The notes beneath the pieces are model-generated. The model made no database searches. It was not told the origin of the DNA and saw nothing but the letters and a program-made list of their open reading frames with translations. The position numbers and the translations under genes were made by a program. From Moraxella nasicaprae (GTDB lineage Bacteria; Pseudomonadota; Gammaproteobacteria; Pseudomonadales; Moraxellaceae), in NCBI RefSeq assembly GCF_025643275.1, contig NZ_CP089977.1, positions 300,001 through 332,000 of the forward strand: a stretch of 32,000 nucleotides of DNA, in the 5' to 3' direction. Numbering within the stretch: position 1 is the first letter of the stretch; each line of letters begins with the position of its first letter. Positions 1 to 10,633 of this stretch are shown in pieces.

Positions 1-127
<127 letters not shown>

Positions 128-142
128 TTATTCTCCAAGATG

Positions 143-151
143 ATTATACCA
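143..151 (-). promoter_or_regulatory. candidate extended -10 (TGgTATAAT) for adk
   Basis: The - strand reads TGGTATAAT about 19 nt upstream of the adk ATG. There is no good -35, and the leader would start at the SD, so this is only tentative. Confidence 0.3.
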
Positions 152-319
152 AAAAACCCTGCAATGATGGTTCATCAAAATCCTCCCTGCACACCATCTC
201 TCCATTACTCATCACAGACGACACTACTATAAAGCAGTCTGTCAAATTGTTCAAGTTATTTTGTATCAAATCCATATAAAAAACTCATCTTTCAACCAAT
301 ACCTAAAAACTCATCACAA

Positions 320-352
320 AAAAACACATCAACCAACTGATTGATGTGTTTT
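320..352 (-). terminator. rho-independent terminator after ccmI
   Basis: Inverted repeat AAACACATCAA / TTGATGTGTTT (322-332 / 341-351) with an 8-nt loop. On the - strand it is followed by a T7 run. It lies 30 nt after the ccmI stop. Confidence 0.75.
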
Positions 353-382
353 TAAATGAACCGTATTGCTAAGCAAAACCAA

Positions 383-1645
383 CTAAGGAATGATTTGAGA
401 AATCATCAAAGAGACTTGCTGGTCGTTCTTTTTTAGCACCACAGGATTAGCCGCCAAATCGCCTGACTGACTCATCGCATTGCCTGAGTGGCTGATACGA
501 GCATTGACCACCAATGTCACGCCAGCATCACGCCCCATGCTCAGCGTACGATTTGGCATCATTGCATCAGCATCACTTAGCGTGACCGTAATCGCACCTG
601 CTTTGATGTCACTGGCTGCCAAGCGTTTGACCGCATAAGGTGCACCGCCCGACTGCTCTGCCACTGACACAAATAGCGAATCATCAACCTTCATCTGTGC
701 CAGTAAAGAAGGCTCGATGCCAACGGTAATCTTCACGCCTTGTGATGCCATTTGTTCTTGTTTGGCGATGTTTTGTGATAAATTATCCAAACTTGCCAAT
801 GCTTCGCTATGGTCACCAGAACGAGAAACAATGGACGAACGCAGTTTGGCAATCCACGCCTTTGCCATTGGATAATTACCCGCACGAGCCTCGCCCATCA
901 CCATCATCATCAATGCCCCTTCGTGATTTGGCGAGACGCTCAATACTTGGTTTAATACAGCACGAGCATTAGCATCTAGCTTACCCTCATTGGCAAAAAA
1001 GCTGGTCTGAGCATAGGTAATGGCAATCTCTTGATTGTCAGGTTCAAGACGGTTGGCACGAGCCAATGCCTCTAATGCCTGCGGTTTGGCATCAAGCATC
1101 ATGAACAGCTCAGACAGTCTCATCCAACGATTGGCGTCATTGGCGTGCTGATGAACATTGGTCTGTATTGCAGAAATGAGTGCTGAGGAATTTTTTGCTG
1201 CCCATTCTGGCGGTGTGTCTAGCTTGCCTGTCAATAGGTCATCTGCCACCTGTCCCACGCTGTCTTGTGCAGCCCACAAGGTAAATACAGGCGTACGGTC
1301 AGCAGTGGTCAGATAAGCAATTGCCACCAGAATCGGAATCCACACCAGCACAATGATTCGCCCCTTGATGCCCACAGGCGTGTGCGTTTCTGCCACCGTT
1401 TGAGCATCAAGCAGTTGGCGTTTTAGTTCAATGGTCTGGGCTTTATAATGCTCATCATCAATCAGACCAGCTTGTTTATCGGCCTCCAATTCAGCAATGC
1501 GTTCGCCAAAAATCTGCACATTCACCGCCATCAACTGATTATCCTGCTGCCGTGCATGTCTTAGCCAAGGAAAAATAACCACTAATGACAACAAAAAAGT
1601 CAGCACCGCACACAGTGAAAAAAACAACAATAAACTTGGTGTCAT
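383..1645 (-). CDS. ccmI: cytochrome c-type biogenesis protein CcmI/CycH (TM N-domain plus TPR-like C-domain)
   Basis: 420-aa ORF with N-terminal hydrophobic segments and a charged helix (ELEADKQAGLIDDEHYKAQTIELKRQLL). It is the last gene after ccmF-G-H. Its ATG overlaps the ccmH TGA (ATGA at 1642-1645). Confidence 0.8.
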   Translation of the reverse strand: MTPSLLLFFSLCAVLTFLLSLVVIFPWLRHARQQDNQLMAVNVQIFGERIAELEADKQAGLIDDEHYKAQTIELKRQLLDAQTVAETHTPVGIKGRIIVLVWIPILVAIAYLTTADRTPVFTLWAAQDSVGQVADDLLTGKLDTPPEWAAKNSSALISAIQTNVHQHANDANRWMRLSELFMMLDAKPQALEALARANRLEPDNQEIAITYAQTSFFANEGKLDANARAVLNQVLSVSPNHEGALMMMVMGEARAGNYPMAKAWIAKLRSSIVSRSGDHSEALASLDNLSQNIAKQEQMASQGVKITVGIEPSLLAQMKVDDSLFVSVAEQSGGAPYAVKRLAASDIKAGAITVTLSDADAMMPNRTLSMGRDAGVTLVVNARISHSGNAMSQSGDLAANPVVLKKNDQQVSLMISQIIP

Positions 1646-2139
1646 GATGATTCCTTATTTTGTGTTTGTTGGTGTGTTGCCAAAATTTTGGCAATTTTTG
1701 CCTCTTCGCTGGCAGATAGCTCGTCAGTTGGCTCGTCAAACTTTTTGGCATTATGCCCACGAGATTTGTATAGCCAGCCTAGCAATAACATCAATAATAG
1801 CACTGGTGGAAAAAACCACAAAATCCAAGTCGATGGACGAATTGGCGGTTTATAACTGATGAAATCGCCATAGCGTTCAAACATATAATTGCGAATCTCG
1901 GTATCACTTCGACCCGCTTTAATCATTTCATAGGTTTGCTGCTTTAAATCTTGGGCGATGGGTGCGTCCGACCCTGCTAAATTTTGATTTTGGCATTTTG
2001 GACAACGCAACTCCTCAATCAAGGCACGATATCTGTTTTCTTGTTCAGGAGAATCAAATTGGTGCAAGTCAATACTGGCAGTCGCCGTCATCATCACTGC
2101 ACTAAGCAGCATCGCCAAAATGGATTGATTGATGTTCAT
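1642..2139 (-). CDS. ccmH: cytochrome c-type biogenesis protein CcmH
   Basis: 165-aa ORF with a signal peptide, the LRCPKCQNQ (LRCxxC) motif and a C-terminal TM segment. GGGAGAA SD. It sits between ccmG and ccmI. Confidence 0.9.
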   Translation of the reverse strand: MNINQSILAMLLSAVMMTATASIDLHQFDSPEQENRYRALIEELRCPKCQNQNLAGSDAPIAQDLKQQTYEMIKAGRSDTEIRNYMFERYGDFISYKPPIRPSTWILWFFPPVLLLMLLLGWLYKSRGHNAKKFDEPTDELSASEEAKIAKILATHQQTQNKESS

Positions 2140-2140
2140 T

Positions 2141-2731
2141 TTATTCTCCCTGCTGGCACGCCGCTTGTTTGGCGGAAGTATCTAATGATTGATTTGCCAA
2201 AGCAGTCAAACAAGGCTGAATTTTTGCCTGCCAATTTGTATCATTGATTTCGCCAACGATGTGCTGATAAACCACACCATCAGTGCCAATAATAAAGCTC
2301 TCTGGTGCACCAGTTAGACCCAAATCAATGGCGTATTTGCCGTCCAAATCCTGCAAAGAATACAAAAATGGGTCTTTATAAGTGTTCAGATAAGATAAAG
2401 CATCGCTAAGCTCATCTTTATAATTCACACCAATCATTGGCACGCCTTGTTCGTGTAGTTTTAGCAAATATGGGTGTTCAATTTTACAAGTTGGACACCA
2501 AGAACCCCAAACATTGAGCAAAAACGGTACTTTTGGCAAATCCGCCTTAGTCATCGTGCGAGTGGTGTCAGACAATAATGGCAACTCATAAGCAGGCAAC
2601 TGCTGATTGAGCAAGCGACTGGGAATGATGTCAGTTGATTTTCCCAATCGGAAAAAAAACATCACCACCAAGCCAATAAAGACCATCAATGGCACGACAA
2701 ATAGCATTAAGCGTTTGGTTTGTTTGGTCAT
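2141..2731 (-). CDS. ccmG: thiol:disulfide interchange protein DsbE/CcmG
   Basis: 196-aa ORF with an N-terminal TM anchor and a thioredoxin-fold WGSWCPTC active site. It starts 3 nt after the ccmF stop. Confidence 0.9.
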   Translation of the reverse strand: MTKQTKRLMLFVVPLMVFIGLVVMFFFRLGKSTDIIPSRLLNQQLPAYELPLLSDTTRTMTKADLPKVPFLLNVWGSWCPTCKIEHPYLLKLHEQGVPMIGVNYKDELSDALSYLNTYKDPFLYSLQDLDGKYAIDLGLTGAPESFIIGTDGVVYQHIVGEINDTNWQAKIQPCLTALANQSLDTSAKQAACQQGE

Positions 2732-2734
2732 TTG

Positions 2735-4720
2735 TTAGTCCTTTTTGGTTGATGAAAAACGATAGCGTTTGTCAAGCATGGCAACCAATGCCCCAAAGCC
2801 CATCACAATCGCCCCAAGCCATAGCCAACGCACCATTGGCTTGACATAGACACGCACCGCCCAAGTGTTGTTATCCACCTTGCCATTGGCATCGGTGATT
2901 GGTTCGCCCAACGCCACATAGACTTCATTAAGCAGACTTGGACGAATACCCACTTCGGTCATCGGCATCATGCTCACGACATAATTGCGTTTTTCTGGAT
3001 ATAGATTGGCAATAATGTCATCGCCTTGATGCACCGAAATGGTGGCACGAGTTGAATCATAGTTTGAGCCTTTGATTTCATCAAAAGCGTGTAGATGAAA
3101 ATCATAACCTTGCACATGTACGGTATCGCCCACCGTCATTGCCACATCTTTTTCTAGGCTAAAACTACTGGTTGCTGCCACACCCAACGCACAAATCAGC
3201 ACGCCAATATGAGCCAGCTGCATACCATGATAGCTGGGTGTCAGTTTGGCAAGTCCCGACAATACAGAACCTTTGTGATGGCGAAGTTTGTCACGAATGT
3301 CCATCACAATAAACAGTAGCACCCAAGCAGATAATGCAGCCGTGATATAGATACTGTATTCAAAACCGCCATCTTCGGTCAATAGGCGAATCAGGTAGGT
3401 CATCACCGCACCCAGCACGCCTGCACTGATGGCAAAAGCAATTACTGTACTGGCAAATGGTCGGCTGTCGTATTTGTATCGCAATACTGCCCCAATACCC
3501 ATAAACGCAAGCAATAGCCAGCTTAATGGCACAAATAAGGCATTAAAGTATGGAGGCCCAACCGACACCTGCCCCAATTTGAACGCATCGGCAATGATGG
3601 GATATAGCGTACCAAGCAGCACCACCAAAGTCGCCACCAATAAAATCATGTTATTGACCACCAGCACCGTTTCACGAGATTTTAGGCGATAGCTACTCTC
3701 TACGGTCAGCTTCCAGCCACGCAAGGCAAACATGAGCAGCCCCACGCCAATAACAATCGCCAAAATTGCCAGCACTGTCATACCACGCGTTGGGTCGGCA
3801 GCAAATGAATGCACTGAGGTAATCACCCCTGAACGCACCAAAAAAGTACCAAGCAGGCTTAGTGCAAACGAGAAAATGGCAAGCATGATTGTCCACGCCT
3901 TGAACACGCCTCGTTTTTCGGTAACGGCAAGTGAGTGCAACAAAGCGGTCGCAGCCAGCCACGGCATCAAAGAAGCGTTTTCGACAGGGTCCCAAAACCA
4001 CCAGCCGCCCCAGCCAAGCTCATAATATGCCCACCAAGAACCCAAAGCGATACCCAAGGTCAAGAACATCCAAGCCGCCAGCGTCCACGGTCTGCTCCAA
4101 CGAGTCCATACTGCGTCCAAACGCCCTGCCCATAACGCCGCCATACAAAATGCAAACGGTACCGCTAGACCCACATAGCCCATGTAGAGCATTGGCGGAT
4201 GAAAAATCAAACCAGGGTCTTGCAATAATGGATTTAAATCCGTGCCATCAACAGGCAGGTTGGGCAACACTCGAACGAATGGCGATGAAGTAAAAATCAA
4301 CATCGCAAGCATCATCACCTGAATCATCGCCAGTATGGACAACACTCTGGCACGAATATCTAGTGGCAGACCACGGCTAAATACTGACACCAGCATGCAC
4401 CATGCCGCCAAAATCGTCATCCAAAGCAGTAGTGAGCCTTCATGCCCACCCCAAGTGGCGGACAGCTTATAATACCAAGGCAACAGACTGTTAGAATGGC
4501 TGGCAACATAAACCAAACTAAAATCATTGTACAAAAAGCCCGCAATCAATGCCAAAAACGACATCATCATCGCCAAAAATTGTGCGGTTGCTAGGCTTGG
4601 GGCAAGTTTTTGCCATTGTACTTGATGACGCATCACGCCAATCGCTGGCAAAATCGCTTGCAAAATCGCCAAAACGAACGCCAAGAGTAATGCAAAATAC
4701 CCAAGTTCTGTAATTAACAT
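2735..4720 (-). CDS. ccmF: cytochrome c heme lyase subunit CcmF
   Basis: Polytopic membrane protein of about 661 aa with a W-rich segment (WGGWWFWDPVEN). The track ORF begins at a GTG (4729). I prefer the ATG at 4720 (MLITELGYFALLLA...), which matches the usual CcmF N-terminus (M-x-P/T-E-L/I-G). Confidence 0.92.
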   Translation of the reverse strand: MLITELGYFALLLAFVLAILQAILPAIGVMRHQVQWQKLAPSLATAQFLAMMMSFLALIAGFLYNDFSLVYVASHSNSLLPWYYKLSATWGGHEGSLLLWMTILAAWCMLVSVFSRGLPLDIRARVLSILAMIQVMMLAMLIFTSSPFVRVLPNLPVDGTDLNPLLQDPGLIFHPPMLYMGYVGLAVPFAFCMAALWAGRLDAVWTRWSRPWTLAAWMFLTLGIALGSWWAYYELGWGGWWFWDPVENASLMPWLAATALLHSLAVTEKRGVFKAWTIMLAIFSFALSLLGTFLVRSGVITSVHSFAADPTRGMTVLAILAIVIGVGLLMFALRGWKLTVESSYRLKSRETVLVVNNMILLVATLVVLLGTLYPIIADAFKLGQVSVGPPYFNALFVPLSWLLLAFMGIGAVLRYKYDSRPFASTVIAFAISAGVLGAVMTYLIRLLTEDGGFEYSIYITAALSAWVLLFIVMDIRDKLRHHKGSVLSGLAKLTPSYHGMQLAHIGVLICALGVAATSSFSLEKDVAMTVGDTVHVQGYDFHLHAFDEIKGSNYDSTRATISVHQGDDIIANLYPEKRNYVVSMMPMTEVGIRPSLLNEVYVALGEPITDANGKVDNNTWAVRVYVKPMVRWLWLGAIVMGFGALVAMLDKRYRFSSTKKD

Positions 4721-4808
4721 AAAATACACTCATTAGGGTGCAAAATGCACAACCATAGATTTAGCTAACCTTATTATTATCCATATAAGTTGGCTAATCA
4801 ATTTCTTT

Positions 4809-6122
4809 TTAAAAAAACACAACAATCAAATGCAACCAACCTGCCAAGAATCCTGTGATACCCCCCAATATAATTAGGGTGATTTCATCTTCTTGGAAAG
4901 CAGGTCTTAATAAATTCTGAAATTCTTTGGGGGTGAGTGCCTTGATACGACCTTCAAATAACCCAAAAATCTTACTGGCACGAGAAGTATTCAGCTTAGG
5001 GTCTCGGATTGGCACCATCGTAGCATCAATGGATTTATCCAAAATCGTGTCCTTAAAATCGTCCAATGCTCGCTCGTCCATACCCATTTTGAGCGTGGTT
5101 GATACCACAGGCGATTCTAACATTTCGTACAGATGTGATTTCATCACTTGGCGAGTTTTATCAGCACGATGCCCATACATCATCTCATTCATGATGTTTT
5201 CAAGCGTCACCAGCTCTTCGACAACAATTTGGGCAAACACACTAGATACCTCGTCTTGGCGTTTCATAAATCCACCTTGCCAAGAATAGCGATGCCAATG
5301 CGGCATCATTAAGCGAACTTTTTTGTTGTCATCATAGCAAAACACTCTGATGAACGGCACGATTTTTGGCTCAACAGGATTAAACACCATCCAAATGGCA
5401 ATCCAGTTGGTCAACGCCCCCCAAATCATGGCAAAAAAAGGCACTGTCCAATGCTGAGGCACAAAATAAAAAATCGCCATTTGCAGCACGCCAAACCCAA
5501 AACCAATCAAGGCACTGATTTTCCAGATGAAATTGATTTCTTTTTTGCCCACTCGCAAAAACATATCAACCATCAGCTTGCGGTCGTTTTCCATTTTTTG
5601 CACAATCATCGCTTTCATATCGACCAACTCTTCGACATGATAGGTCAAATCCATCACCAGTGCTTTCATGACTTCGGGCAATTTGCCATGCACATGAGCA
5701 TAAATACGGCGTTTGATGGCATACGGCATGTGCGTCCATAGCTGATACGAACGCTCCAACATAATCTCATCAATCAAACTTTCTAAGTTTTTATCGACCG
5801 TTGCTGTGATAAAATCCGCCATCTCTTCTGGCTCCATCGCTTGAAAAAACTCATCAAGCGAGCCAAGTTTGGAGAGCGTCTGATCGACAATCACGCCAGA
5901 AATTTTGCCAGCCTTAGCAGGCACAATTCCTTGCCAACCAAGACCCTGCAAGCCAAATGGCATATTTTTGATTTTAATCCCCCAAAAATGAATGGGGTAA
6001 AATAACATTTCTAACGCCATCCACACATGAGCCCAAGTAACAAATGCCGTTACAGGCGGAATGGTTAGCATTGCAATAAACTCTGGGTGCTGGGCAAGTG
6101 CTTGCCAAACAGATGAAAACAT
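4809..6122 (-). CDS. membrane protein, DUF445-like (function unknown)
   Basis: 437-aa ORF with an ATG start, TM segments at the N-terminus, middle and C-terminus, and a long helical soluble portion. The family assignment is from memory of the DUF445/YjiN-type architecture. Confidence 0.6.
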   Translation of the reverse strand: MFSSVWQALAQHPEFIAMLTIPPVTAFVTWAHVWMALEMLFYPIHFWGIKIKNMPFGLQGLGWQGIVPAKAGKISGVIVDQTLSKLGSLDEFFQAMEPEEMADFITATVDKNLESLIDEIMLERSYQLWTHMPYAIKRRIYAHVHGKLPEVMKALVMDLTYHVEELVDMKAMIVQKMENDRKLMVDMFLRVGKKEINFIWKISALIGFGFGVLQMAIFYFVPQHWTVPFFAMIWGALTNWIAIWMVFNPVEPKIVPFIRVFCYDDNKKVRLMMPHWHRYSWQGGFMKRQDEVSSVFAQIVVEELVTLENIMNEMMYGHRADKTRQVMKSHLYEMLESPVVSTTLKMGMDERALDDFKDTILDKSIDATMVPIRDPKLNTSRASKIFGLFEGRIKALTPKEFQNLLRPAFQEDEITLIILGGITGFLAGWLHLIVVFF

Positions 6123-6313
6123 GAGTGCAACCGTTTTTTGTTGTGAATGACTGGCAATACGGCAAATTTGCCAATATACATTAGGATAACAATTTTACCA
6201 CAAAAGCCTTATCTCGCCCAATCTTGCCAAACAACATGTCGATTTGTTACAAAACTTCATCAGTTAAGCAAGTATTGTGCAATCAAGCAGTCCATCAAGC
6301 GATGAGAGATTTG

Positions 6314-7492
6314 TCAAAAAAATCTTTGCGTGCTTTTTTTGCTAAATCGACCGATTTGTTCATCAATTTTTTTGGCGGCATTAAGATAGTGTTCGCCCAC
6401 CGCTTGCGTTTGTATGGTTTTTGGTGTGCCTTTATCCATCTGTTCACGAATACTGGCAACCAAAGGCAGCTTACCCAATAGCGGTACTTGATATTCTTGG
6501 CTCATCATCTGACCACCACCTGACCCAAAAATCTCTTCGCTATGTCCACAATGAGAACACACATGCACCGCCATATTTTCTAACACACCCAAAATTGGAA
6601 TGTCGGTTTTGATGAACATTTCAATGCCTTTTTGGGCATCAAGTAACGCAATGTGCTGTGGTGTTGTCACAATCACCGCACCTGTGACAGGGATTTTTTG
6701 TGCCATAGATAGCTGAATATCGCCTGTACCAGGTGGCATGTCGATGAGTAGATAATCAAGCATGGGCCAGTTGGTTTGACCATATAGCTGCATCAATGCA
6801 CCCACCGCCTTAATGCCACGCCACGCCACAGGAGTTTGTTCGCCATCAAGCAAATTACCGATTGACAACATGGCGATACCGTCAGCGTCTATTGGGACAA
6901 ATTGCTCGTTTTCCACCAGTGGTTTTTGTCCTGACACACCAAGCATGGCAGGAATAGAAGGTCCATAAATATCTGCATCTAAGATACCGACCTTTTTGCC
7001 TAATTGTTGTAGGCTTAATGCCAAATTGACCGTCGTGGTGGATTTGCCCACACCGCCCTTGCCTGAGGCGATGGCAATGATGTGTTTGATGCGTGGGTGT
7101 GCGGTCAGCTCGCTTTGTTTTGGGGCGGGTTTGCTGGGTTTATCCGCCTTGTTCTCAGCTTTGGGTAGCGTACTAGGCTGATAAGACTGCACCACAGAAT
7201 CGCTGGGTGTTGATGTCTTTGTTTGTTGCTTGGTTGAGGCGGTCACAATCACATTAAGATTAACTTCATCAATGCCCAAAGTGTGCAGTTTGCTTTGCAA
7301 TGCTTGATATTGTCGTTCCAACTCTGCCGTGTCATCATCTTCTTGAATACGCATTTGCATCTCGACCACACGGTCTTGAACGCTCAGCTTTTCAACAAAC
7401 AAACCAAACGACTGACCATAAAGCGTCATCTGGTTAATGATGGCGCTAATCTGCTCTTCTTTGGGTTTGTTTTTTTTAAATGGATTAAACAT
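6314..7492 (-). CDS. apbC: iron-sulfur cluster carrier ATPase ApbC/Mrp
   Basis: Deviant Walker A (SGKGGVGKSTT), a CxxC near the C-terminus (CSHCGH) and a low-complexity linker before the ATPase domain. The track ORF starts at TTG 7507. The ATG at 7492 (MFNPFKK...) is more likely. Confidence 0.9.
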   Translation of the reverse strand: MFNPFKKNKPKEEQISAIINQMTLYGQSFGLFVEKLSVQDRVVEMQMRIQEDDDTAELERQYQALQSKLHTLGIDEVNLNVIVTASTKQQTKTSTPSDSVVQSYQPSTLPKAENKADKPSKPAPKQSELTAHPRIKHIIAIASGKGGVGKSTTTVNLALSLQQLGKKVGILDADIYGPSIPAMLGVSGQKPLVENEQFVPIDADGIAMLSIGNLLDGEQTPVAWRGIKAVGALMQLYGQTNWPMLDYLLIDMPPGTGDIQLSMAQKIPVTGAVIVTTPQHIALLDAQKGIEMFIKTDIPILGVLENMAVHVCSHCGHSEEIFGSGGGQMMSQEYQVPLLGKLPLVASIREQMDKGTPKTIQTQAVGEHYLNAAKKIDEQIGRFSKKSTQRFF

Positions 7493-7705
7493 GGTCTGAC
7501 TCGCCAAATTTTATTTATTATGTTGGTTATTATAAAATCAAATTAAGTGCTTATCCATTACTATTTTTTAATTTCTACAAGTAATTTTGCCAATCGTCAT
7601 ACTTATTCAGTCAAGTCTGCTCCATTTGTTCTCATTTTAAGCTAGTGAAAAGTACGGTTTTTTGCTAAAATAACCGCTTTATCACTGGTTAAGCGATTAT
7701 TTTTT

Positions 7706-9978
<2,273 letters not shown>

Positions 9979-10002
9979 GTCGCCAAACCCATCAAAAAAC
10001 CC

Positions 10003-10037
10003 ATCTTGCATCAGCTACTGGTGCAAGATTTTTTTTG
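10003..10037 (+). terminator. rho-independent terminator after tgt
   Basis: ATCTTGCA (10003-10010) pairs with TGCAAGAT (10022-10029), with inner CAG/CTG pairing, and is followed by T8. Confidence 0.75.
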
Positions 10038-10440
10038 CACTCAATGATAACCGCTGACTGCATTGAGCAAGCTAGGGTTTGTAATAAGATATAGTCAATT
10101 CTATTCAAAACCAGACAAAGGTTTTTTTGCTCAAAGTGAGCTTGCCTACCCATAACGAAAAATCCGCCCACAGGCAAGCTTGGGGCGAACGGTTTTGCTG
10201 TATAGTTTTGATATGAATTAAGTGTACAAACCATCTTACTTTATACAGGGACTGATATGATGACAGATGTCTTGCCATCAATCCGTGCAACATCAATCAA
10301 AACACTTATCCATCAATCAAAAAAAACAAAACATCATCAAATGCCTATATTTCAGCATATTTAAAAGGCTTACTATTTAATATTGATTTTAAATATTAGT
10401 AATATTATATCAACAAATATCTACATGTATCGCAACTCAT

Positions 10441-10481
10441 AAAAAAACACGCCATATCTAAATAGAAAATGGCGTGTTTTT
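10441..10481 (-). terminator. rho-independent terminator after the NSS small-subunit gene (flanked by A/T runs on both sides)
   Basis: ACACGCCAT (10447-10455) pairs with ATGGCGTGT (10469-10477). There is a T7 run on the - strand and T5 on the + strand. Confidence 0.75.
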
Positions 10482-10494
10482 CATTCATGATTTA

Positions 10495-10626
10495 TCAATC
10501 ATCTGGTACCTGATTTATGTCAATATCAGGATTTTTTACCAAATGAATGGCAGATAAAATAAGACCACCCCAAACGGCAACGATGGCAACAATCATCACA
10601 ATTAATGCTGTTGTATTCATTAACAT
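10495..10626 (-). CDS. NSS-transporter small subunit (MetS-like single-TM peptide, 43 aa)
   Basis: MLMNTTALIVMIVAIVAVWGGLILSAIHLVKNPDIDINQVPDD. The start lies 7 nt after the NSS gene stop and is preceded by AAGGAG. The 73-aa track ORF is an upstream read-through into the transporter gene. Confidence 0.7.
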   Translation of the reverse strand: MLMNTTALIVMIVAIVAVWGGLILSAIHLVKNPDIDINQVPDD

Positions 10627-10633
10627 ACTCCTT

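Noticed and set aside
1685-1702. Sigma54-like TGGCA-N5-TTGC string (TTTTGGCAATTTTTGCC)
   Set aside because: The GG-to-GC spacing is about 9 nt instead of the required 12 (GG-N10-GC). It also lies inside the ccmH coding sequence on the non-coding strand.
1539-1859. ORFs 1539-1760 (-) and 1644-1859 (+) spanning the ccmH/ccmI junction
   Set aside because: They overlap two well-supported, translationally coupled genes. The translations are low-complexity with no start signals.
3429-4293. Cluster of 66-120-aa ORFs on the + strand and in an alternative - frame inside ccmF (3429-3692, 3693-4001, 3732-4025, 3931-4293, 3935-4135)
   Set aside because: They lie entirely within a strongly supported CcmF reading frame. 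They have compositionally biased (P/S/R/T-rich) translations, no SD and no recognisable motifs. These are typical shadow ORFs.
10139-10187. preQ1-type riboswitch, suspected because of proximity to queA/tgt and a pseudoknot-like hairpin
   Set aside because: It lies downstream of tgt behind a terminator, with no gene to regulate on either strand. The stem and loop sizes and sequence do not match the preQ1-I/II consensus as I remember it.
10303-10311. DnaA-box-like TTATCCATC within the CATCAATC repeat region
   Set aside because: It is a single imperfect box with no cluster of boxes, no AT-rich 13-mers in the proper arrangement and no neighbouring dnaA/dnaN/gidA context.
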